A DNA stretch of 32,000 nucleotides from the NCBI RefSeq assembly GCF_001457615.1, contig NZ_LN831024.1:1770001-1802000 (forward strand), in the 5' to 3' direction. The notes under the pieces were generated by a model, which was given only the letters and a program-made list of their open reading frames with translations, was not told the DNA's origin and did not search any database. The translations under genes and the position numbers were made by a program. Below are positions 26,278-32,000 of this stretch, in pieces; position 1 is the stretch's first letter, and each line of letters begins with the position of its first letter. The DNA is from Pseudomonas aeruginosa. GTDB lineage: Bacteria; Pseudomonadota; Gammaproteobacteria; Pseudomonadales; Pseudomonadaceae.

Positions 26278-27965
26278 ATGATCGAAAACTTCTGGAAGGA
26301 CAAGTACCCAGCGGGTATTGCTGCCGAGATCAATCCCGACCAGTACCCGAACATCCTGTCGGTACTGAAGGAGTCCTGCCAACGTTTTGCCACCAAGCCC
26401 GCGTTCACCAACCTGGGCAAGACCCTGACCTACGGCGAGCTGTACAAGCTGTCCGGCGACTTCGCCGCCTACCTGCAGCAGCACACCGATCTCAAGCCCG
26501 GCGACCGCATCGCCGTCCAGTTGCCCAACGTCCTGCAATACCCGATCGTGGTCTTCGGCGCCATGCGCGCCGGCCTCATCGTGGTCAACACCAACCCGCT
26601 GTACACCGCGCGCGAACTGGAACACCAGTTCAACGACTCCGGCGCCAAGGCGGTGGTCTGCCTGGCCAACATGGCCCACCTGGTCGAGGGCGTACTGCCG
26701 AAGACCGGCGTCAAGCAGGTGATCGTCACCGAAGTCGGCGACATCCTGCCGCCGCTGAAGCGCTTCATCGTCAACTTCGTGGTCAAGCACATCAAGAAGA
26801 TGGTGCCGGCCTACAGCCTGCCGCAAGCCACCAAGCTGACCGACGCGCTGGCCAGGGGCGCCGGCAAGTCGTTCCAGGAAGCCGCGCCGCAGGCCGACGA
26901 CGTCGCCGTGCTGCAATACACCGGCGGCACCACCGGGGTCGCCAAAGGCGCCATGCTGACCCACCGCAACCTGGTGGCCAACATGTTGCAGTGCAAGGCG
27001 CTGATGGGCGCCAACCTCAACGAGGGCTGCGAGATCCTCATCGCGCCGCTGCCGCTGTACCACATCTATGCCTTCACCTTCCATTGCATGGCGATGATGC
27101 TCACCGGCAACCACAACATCCTGATCACCAACCCGCGGGACCTGCCGTCGATGCTCAAGGACCTCGGCCAGTGGAAGTTCACCGGCTTCGTCGGCCTGAA
27201 CACCCTGTTCGTCGCCCTGTGCAACAACGAAACCTTCCGCAAGCTGGACTTCTCCGCGCTGAAGCTGACCCTCTCCGGCGGCATGGCGCTGCAACTGGCC
27301 ACCGCGGAGCGCTGGAAGGAAGTCACCGGCTGCGCCATCTGCGAAGGCTACGGCATGACCGAGACCGCGCCGGTGGTATCGGTCAACCCGTTCCAGAACA
27401 TCCAGGTCGGCACCATCGGTATCCCGGTGCCCTCGACCCTGTGCAAGGTGATTGGCGACGACGGCCAGGAAGTGCCCCTGGGCGAGCGCGGCGAACTCTG
27501 CGTGAAGGGTCCGCAGGTGATGAAGGGCTATGGCAGCGCCAGGAAGCCACCGACGAGATCCTCGACGCCGATGGTTGGCTGAAGACCGGCGATATCGCCA
27601 TCATCCAGGAAGACGGCTACATGCGCATCGTCGACCGGAAGAAGGACATGATCCTGGTCTCCGGCTTCAATGTGTATCCGAACGAACTGGAAGACGTGCT
27701 GGCGACCCTGCCGGGCGTCCTGCAGTGCGCCGCGATCGGCATCCCCGACGAGAAGTCCGGCGAGTCGATCAAGGTCTTCGTGGTGGTCAAGCCGGGGGCG
27801 ACCCTGACCAAGGAACAGGTCATGCAGCACATGCATGACAACCTGACCGGCTACAAGCGGCCGAAGGCCGTGGAGTTCCGCGACAGCCTGCCGACTACCA
27901 ACGTCGGCAAGATCCTGCGCCGCGAACTGCGCGACGAAGAGCTGAAGAAAGCGGGCCAGAAGTAA
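26278..27965 (+). pseudogene. fadD1: Long-chain-fatty-acid-CoA ligase FadD1, disrupted by a 1-nt deletion near 27530
   Basis: Frame 1 reads [13 protein letters not shown]...[28 protein letters not shown] (stop 27582). The missing C-terminal part [20 protein letters not shown]-type sequence is intact in another frame to 27965. One inserted base restores 562 aa. Confidence 0.9.
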
Positions 27966-27980
27966 GTCCGCCGTTGCCTG

Positions 27981-28008
27981 AAGAAGCCCCGCCGATGCGG
28001 GGCTTCTT
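27981..28008 (+). terminator. Intrinsic terminator of fadD1
   Basis: AAGAAGCCCCGC-CGAT-GCGGGGCTTCTT, 12-bp perfect stem ending in a short T-rich tail. Confidence 0.85.
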
Positions 28009-28087
28009 CGTTGCAGGCAGTCGGTTGCGGGGTGAGTGGGCCTGTGCGGACGTGCCGGCAGCGCATCACCTGCCGGAGGAACCCCCC

Positions 28088-28297
28088 ATGGCCCGCCTCG
28101 ATCCTGCCCTGGCCGAAGAAATACGCCGTCTGCCGATCAGCCGGCGTCTGGAACTGACCCAGGCATTGCTGCATCGCGCCGGCCCCGAGGTGGAGCGCCA
28201 ATGGCCGCCAGTGGCCGAGGATCGCCTCGCCGACTGCCGGGCGGGCACCGCCGATGCGCTGCCGCTGGCCGAGATGCTCAAGCGACTGGGGCGCTGA
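28088..28297 (+). CDS. Small protein (69 aa) resembling addiction-module component PF09720
   Basis: MARLDPALAEEIRRLPISRRLELTQALLHRAGPEVERQWPPVAEDRLADCRAGTADALPLAEMLKRLGR; SD ggagga. Start within the larger 27974..28297 ORF. Confidence 0.65.
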   Translation: MARLDPALAEEIRRLPISRRLELTQALLHRAGPEVERQWPPVAEDRLADCRAGTADALPLAEMLKRLGR

Positions 28298-28471
28298 GAG
28301 GGCCATCGCCCACCTGCAGCGTCGGCCGTATCGCGGCAGCGAGCGTTAACTGGGATTCGTCCTCTTCCGCTCAAATCTGCGACAATTCCGAATATTTTTC
28401 GCCTCGGCAGTGGCCGGAGCTTCTCCCGTCCTCCGCGACTGCGGCACGCTCACAGCATTCGAAAAGCCTAG

Positions 28472-31400
28472 ATGACCGACCAGACTCCTTCCCTTGACCA
28501 ACTCGTCCGGCGCCTCGACCAGGCCCAGATCAGCGACCGCCACCGCTTGCGCCGGCAGCTCCACGAACTGCGCAAGCAGCCCGACGACGCGCGCCTGGCG
28601 CAGTGGGTCGAGCGCTTCCAGACCTCCTGCGCCAAGGTCGAGGCGCGGCGCGCCAGCGTGCCGGCGATCCGCTACGACGACAGCCTGCCGATCGCCGCCA
28701 AGCGCGACGAGATCAAGGCCGCCATCGCCGCCCATCAGGTGGTGGTGATCGCCGGCGAGACCGGCTCGGGCAAGACCACCCAGTTGCCGAAGATCTGTCT
28801 GGAGCTGGGTCGCGGCATCCACGGCCTGATCGGCCATACCCAGCCGCGTCGGCTGGCGGCGCGCAGCGTGGCGACGCGGGTCGCGGAAGAGATCGGTACG
28901 CCGCTGGGCGCGCTGGTCGGCTACCAGGTGCGCTTCGAGGACCAGAGCGACGACAGCACCCTGGTCAAGCTGATGACCGACGGCATCCTCCTGGCCGAGA
29001 CCCAGCATGACCGCTACCTGGAGCGCTACGACACGCTGATCGTCGACGAAGCCCACGAGCGCAGCCTGAACATCGACTTCCTCCTCGGCTACCTGAAGAC
29101 CCTGTTGCACCGGCGTCCGGACCTGAAGCTGATCATCACCTCGGCGACCATCGACCTGGAGCGTTTCTCCCGGCATTTCGACGGCGCCCCGGTGATCGAG
29201 GTTTCCGGCCGCACCTATCCGGTGGAGACCTGGTACCGGCCGCTGGCGGCGGAAACCGACGAGGAGGGCAACCGGGTCGAGGACGACCTGTCGGTGGACC
29301 AGGGCATCCTCGCCGCCCTCGACGAGATCGCCGCCCACGAACGCGAGGTCGGCAAGCGGCCCGGCGACGTGCTGGTGTTCCTCCCCGGCGAGCGGGAGAT
29401 CCGCGACGCCGCGGAGATGCTGCGCAAGGCCAACCTGCGCCACACCGAGGTGCTGCCGCTGTACGCGCGACTGACCCCGGCCGAGCAGCAGAAGATCTTC
29501 CAGCCGCGCCCGGGACGCAAGATCGTGCTGTCCACCAACGTCGCGGAAACCTCGCTGACGGTGCCGGGCATCCGTTACGTGATCGACAGCGGCACCGCGC
29601 GGATCAGCCGCTACAGCTACCGCGCCAAGGTCCAGCGGCTGCCCATCGAGGCGGTGTCGCAGGCCAGCGCCAACCAGCGCAAGGGCCGTTGCGGACGGGT
29701 CGAGCCGGGCATATGCGTGCGTCTCTACAGCGAGGAGGACTTCAACGCGCGTCCGGCCTTCACCGACCCGGAAATCCTCCGCACCAACCTGGCCGCGGTG
29801 ATCCTGCAGATGCTGCACCTGCGCCTCGGCGACATCGAGGCGTTCCCCTTCATCGAGCCGCCGGACGGCAAGGCGATCAAGGACGGCTTCACCCTTCTGC
29901 AGGAACTGTCGGCGGTCAACCGCGAAGGCCAGCTGACCCCGCTGGGGCGCCAACTGGCGCGCCTGCCGATCGACCCGAGGCTGGGCCGCATGCTGCTGGA
30001 GGCGGCCCAGCAGGGTAGCCTCGAGGAAGTGTTGACGGTGGCCAGCGCGCTGTCCGTGCAGGACCCGCGCGAGCGTCCGGTGGAGCGGCAGCAGGCCGCC
30101 GACCAGGCGCACGCGCAATGGAAGGACCCGGATTCCGACTTCGCCGCGCTGATCAATCTCTGGCGTGGCTTCGAGGAGCAGCGCCAGGCGCTGGGTTCCA
30201 ATGCCCTGCGCAGCTGGTGCCGGAAGAACTTCCTCAACTACCTGCGCCTGCGTGAGTGGCGCGACGCCCACCGCCAACTGACCCTGATCTGCCGCGAACT
30301 GAAGCTGCCGTTCGGGCGTCCGGCCAAGGCCGAGGCGCGCAAGCCGGAGGCGAAGAAAGGCGCGTCGGCCGACAACGAACGCGAGGTACCGGGGATCGAT
30401 TACGCGGCGGTCCACAAAGCGATCCTGTCCGGCCTGCTCAGCCAGATCGGGCAGAAGGCCGAGGAAGGCGACTACCTCGGCGCTCGCCAGCGACGTTTCT
30501 GGATCCATCCGTCCAGCGGCATCGCTCGCAAGCGCCCGCAATGGATCATGGCCGCGGAACTGGTGGAGACCACCAAGCTGTTCGCCCGAATGGTCGCGAA
30601 GATCGAGCCGGACTGGCTGGAGCCGCTGGCTGGGCACCTGATCAAGACCAACCACTTCGAGCCGCACTGGGAGAAGCGTCGCGGCCAGGTGGTGGCGTTC
30701 GAGCAGGTCACCCTCTACGGCCTCATCGTCATCGGTCGACGTCCGGTGCACTACGGTCCGATCGACCCGCCGGTGGCGCGCGAGCTGTTCATCCGCGAAG
30801 GCCTGGTGCGCGGCGAGATCAACAGCCGCGCCAAGTGCCTGAGCGCCAACCGGCAGTTGCTGGAAAAGCTCGACGAGCTGGAAGCCAAGGCGCGCCGGCG
30901 CGACATCCTGGCCGACGAGGAAACCCTGTTCGCCTATTACGACGCGCGCCTGCCGGCGGATATCTACCAGACCGCCAGTTTCGAGAAATGGTACGCCCGC
31001 GAGCGGCAGAACCAGCCGGACCTGCTGCTGATGCGCGAGGAAGACGTGCTGGCCCGTGAAGCCAGCGAAGTCACTGCGGCGCAGTACCCGGATCGCCTGC
31101 GCCTGGGCGACCTGCACCTGTCGCTGAGCTACCAGTTCGAGCCCGGCACCGCGCGCGACGGCGTCACCGTGCGGGTACCGGCGCCGCTGCTGCCGCAATT
31201 GCCGGCCGAACGCATCGACTGGCTGGTGCCCGGCCTGCTCTACGACAAGGCGGTGGCGCTGGTGCGCAACCTGCCGAAGGCGATCCGCAAGAGCTTCGTG
31301 CCGGTACCGGACTTCGTCCGCGCCGCCCTGGAGCGCATCACCTTCGGCGAAGGTTCGCTGCCGCAGGCGCTGGGCCGCGAGCTTCAGCGCATGACCGGCG

Positions 31401-32000
31401 TGCGGGTAGCCGACGAGGCCTGGGCCGAGGCGGCGACGCAGTTGGACGATCACCTGCGGATGAACATCGAGGTGGTCGACGCCCAGGGCAAGTTCCTCGG
31501 CGAGGGCCGCGACCTGGCCGAACTCACCGCGCGTTTCGCCGAAGCCAGCCAGGCGGCCCTGGCGATACCCCAGGCCGACAAGGAACAGCAGCGTCCGGTG
31601 GAGGCCAAGGCCTTCGCCAGCGTCGCCGAGAAGGCCCAGCAGAAGGTCGCCGGATTGTCGATGACGGTATACCCGGCGCTGGTGGAGGAGCAGGGCGAGG
31701 TCAAGGAAGGGCGCTTCCCGACCCAGGCCGAGGCCGACTACCAACACCGCCGCGCCCTGCAACGACTGCTGTTGCAGCAACTGGCCGAGCCGGCCAAGTA
31801 CCTGCGCGCCAAGCTGCCGGGGCAGACCGAGATGGGCCTGCTGTACCGCGAGCTGGGACGGGTCGAGGCGCTGGTCGAGGACATCCTCCTGGCCAGTCTC
31901 GACAGTTGCGTGCTGCAGGGCGAAAGCCTGCCGCGCGACGGCGCCGCCCTGGCCGCGCTGGCCGAGCGCAAGCGCGCTGCCTGGAACGAGCACGCCGAGC
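28472..32000 (+). CDS. hrpA: ATP-dependent RNA helicase HrpA, truncated by window end
   Basis: Continuous frame with no stop to 31999 (hence absent from the ORF track): MTDQTPSLDQLVRRLDQAQISDRHRLRRQLHELRKQ...AGETGSGKTTQLPK...VDEAHERSLN...TSATIDLERFSRHF...TNVAETSLTVPGIRYVIDSG...QRKGRCGR. Confidence 0.95.
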   Translation, partial: MTDQTPSLDQLVRRLDQAQISDRHRLRRQLHELRKQPDDARLAQWVERFQTSCAKVEARRASVPAIRYDDSLPIAAKRDEIKAAIAAHQVVVIAGETGSGKTTQLPKICLELGRGIHGLIGHTQPRRLAARSVATRVAEEIGTPLGALVGYQVRFEDQSDDSTLVKLMTDGILLAETQHDRYLERYDTLIVDEAHERSLNIDFLLGYLKTLLHRRPDLKLIITSATIDLERFSRHFDGAPVIEVSGRTYPVETWYRPLAAETDEEGNRVEDDLSVDQGILAALDEIAAHEREVGKRPGDVLVFLPGEREIRDAAEMLRKANLRHTEVLPLYARLTPAEQQKIFQPRPGRKIVLSTNVAETSLTVPGIRYVIDSGTARISRYSYRAKVQRLPIEAVSQASANQRKGRCGRVEPGICVRLYSEEDFNARPAFTDPEILRTNLAAVILQMLHLRLGDIEAFPFIEPPDGKAIKDGFTLLQELSAVNREGQLTPLGRQLARLPIDPRLGRMLLEAAQQGSLEEVLTVASALSVQDPRERPVERQQAADQAHAQWKDPDSDFAALINLWRGFEEQRQALGSNALRSWCRKNFLNYLRLREWRDAHRQLTLICRELKLPFGRPAKAEARKPEAKKGASADNEREVPGIDYAAVHKAILSGLLSQIGQKAEEGDYLGARQRRFWIHPSSGIARKRPQWIMAAELVETTKLFARMVAKIEPDWLEPLAGHLIKTNHFEPHWEKRRGQVVAFEQVTLYGLIVIGRRPVHYGPIDPPVARELFIREGLVRGEINSRAKCLSANRQLLEKLDELEAKARRRDILADEETLFAYYDARLPADIYQTASFEKWYARERQNQPDLLLMREEDVLAREASEVTAAQYPDRLRLGDLHLSLSYQFEPGTARDGVTVRVPAPLLPQLPAERIDWLVPGLLYDKAVALVRNLPKAIRKSFVPVPDFVRAALERITFGEGSLPQALGRELQRMTGVRVADEAWAEAATQLDDHLRMNIEVVDAQGKFLGEGRDLAELTARFAEASQAALAIPQADKEQQRPVEAKAFASVAEKAQQKVAGLSMTVYPALVEEQGEVKEGRFPTQAEADYQHRRALQRLLLQQLAEPAKYLRAKLPGQTEMGLLYRELGRVEALVEDILLASLDSCVLQGESLPRDGAALAALAERKRAAWNEHAE

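Noticed and set aside
24251-27294. Minus-strand ORFs (520 and 347 aa) opposite fadD2 and fadD1, with mutual similarity
   Set aside because: Their similarity ([27 protein letters not shown]) merely reflects the homology of fadD1 and fadD2 read antisense.
27530-27531. Programmed ribosomal frameshifting as explanation for split fadD1
   Set aside because: No slippery heptamer; the sequence is explained simply by one missing base relative to fadD2 and the family motif.
28346-31993. 1215-aa minus-strand ORF opposite hrpA
   Set aside because: Shadow ORF produced by high GC3 codon usage. The plus-strand frame encodes clear DEAH-helicase motifs throughout; the minus translation is low-complexity (Arg/Gln/His/Leu/Val-rich) with no recognisable domain.
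1-32000. CRISPR arrays, retrons, prophage, IS elements, tRNAs or defence islands
   Set aside because: No regularly spaced repeats, integrase/transposase/RT genes, tRNA-like cloverleafs or att-like flanks seen; composition and gene content are ordinary core genome.

Overview
This 32 kb window is a high-GC, densely coded chromosomal segment that I recognise as Pseudomonas aeruginosa core genome (plcN to hrpA neighbourhood). I see no prophage, CRISPR array, IS element, rRNA or tRNA. In order it carries: a YdcZ-type DMT protein; plcN with an upstream Pho-box-like element; a small secreted protein and a lipoprotein; a phn/ptx-like ABC importer (binding protein, ATPase, two permeases); a 3-hydroxyisobutyrate-dehydrogenase-like enzyme; nbdA (MHYT-AGDEF-EAL); a phosphoethanolamine-transferase-like sulfatase-fold protein; uspK; rapA; two small ORFs around an AlkB-like dioxygenase; the sRNA phrS with its 37-aa ORF and ANR box; a FUSC/DUF1656/HlyD efflux operon; an MFS transporter; phaJ1; an alpha/beta hydrolase; fadD2; a frameshifted fadD1; a small antitoxin-like ORF; and the 5' part of hrpA. 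I found no convincing new multi-gene system. The most useful observations are: a 1-nt frameshift in fadD1; a probable second 1-nt frameshift at the N-terminus of one PhnE-like permease; a sigma-S-like promoter that argues against the long nbdA start; tandem near-identical ANR-type sites upstream of phrS; an ANR-like site at about -41.5 for uspK; a possible SD-led 22-codon leader ORF before fadD2; and an orphan PF09720-like antitoxin.
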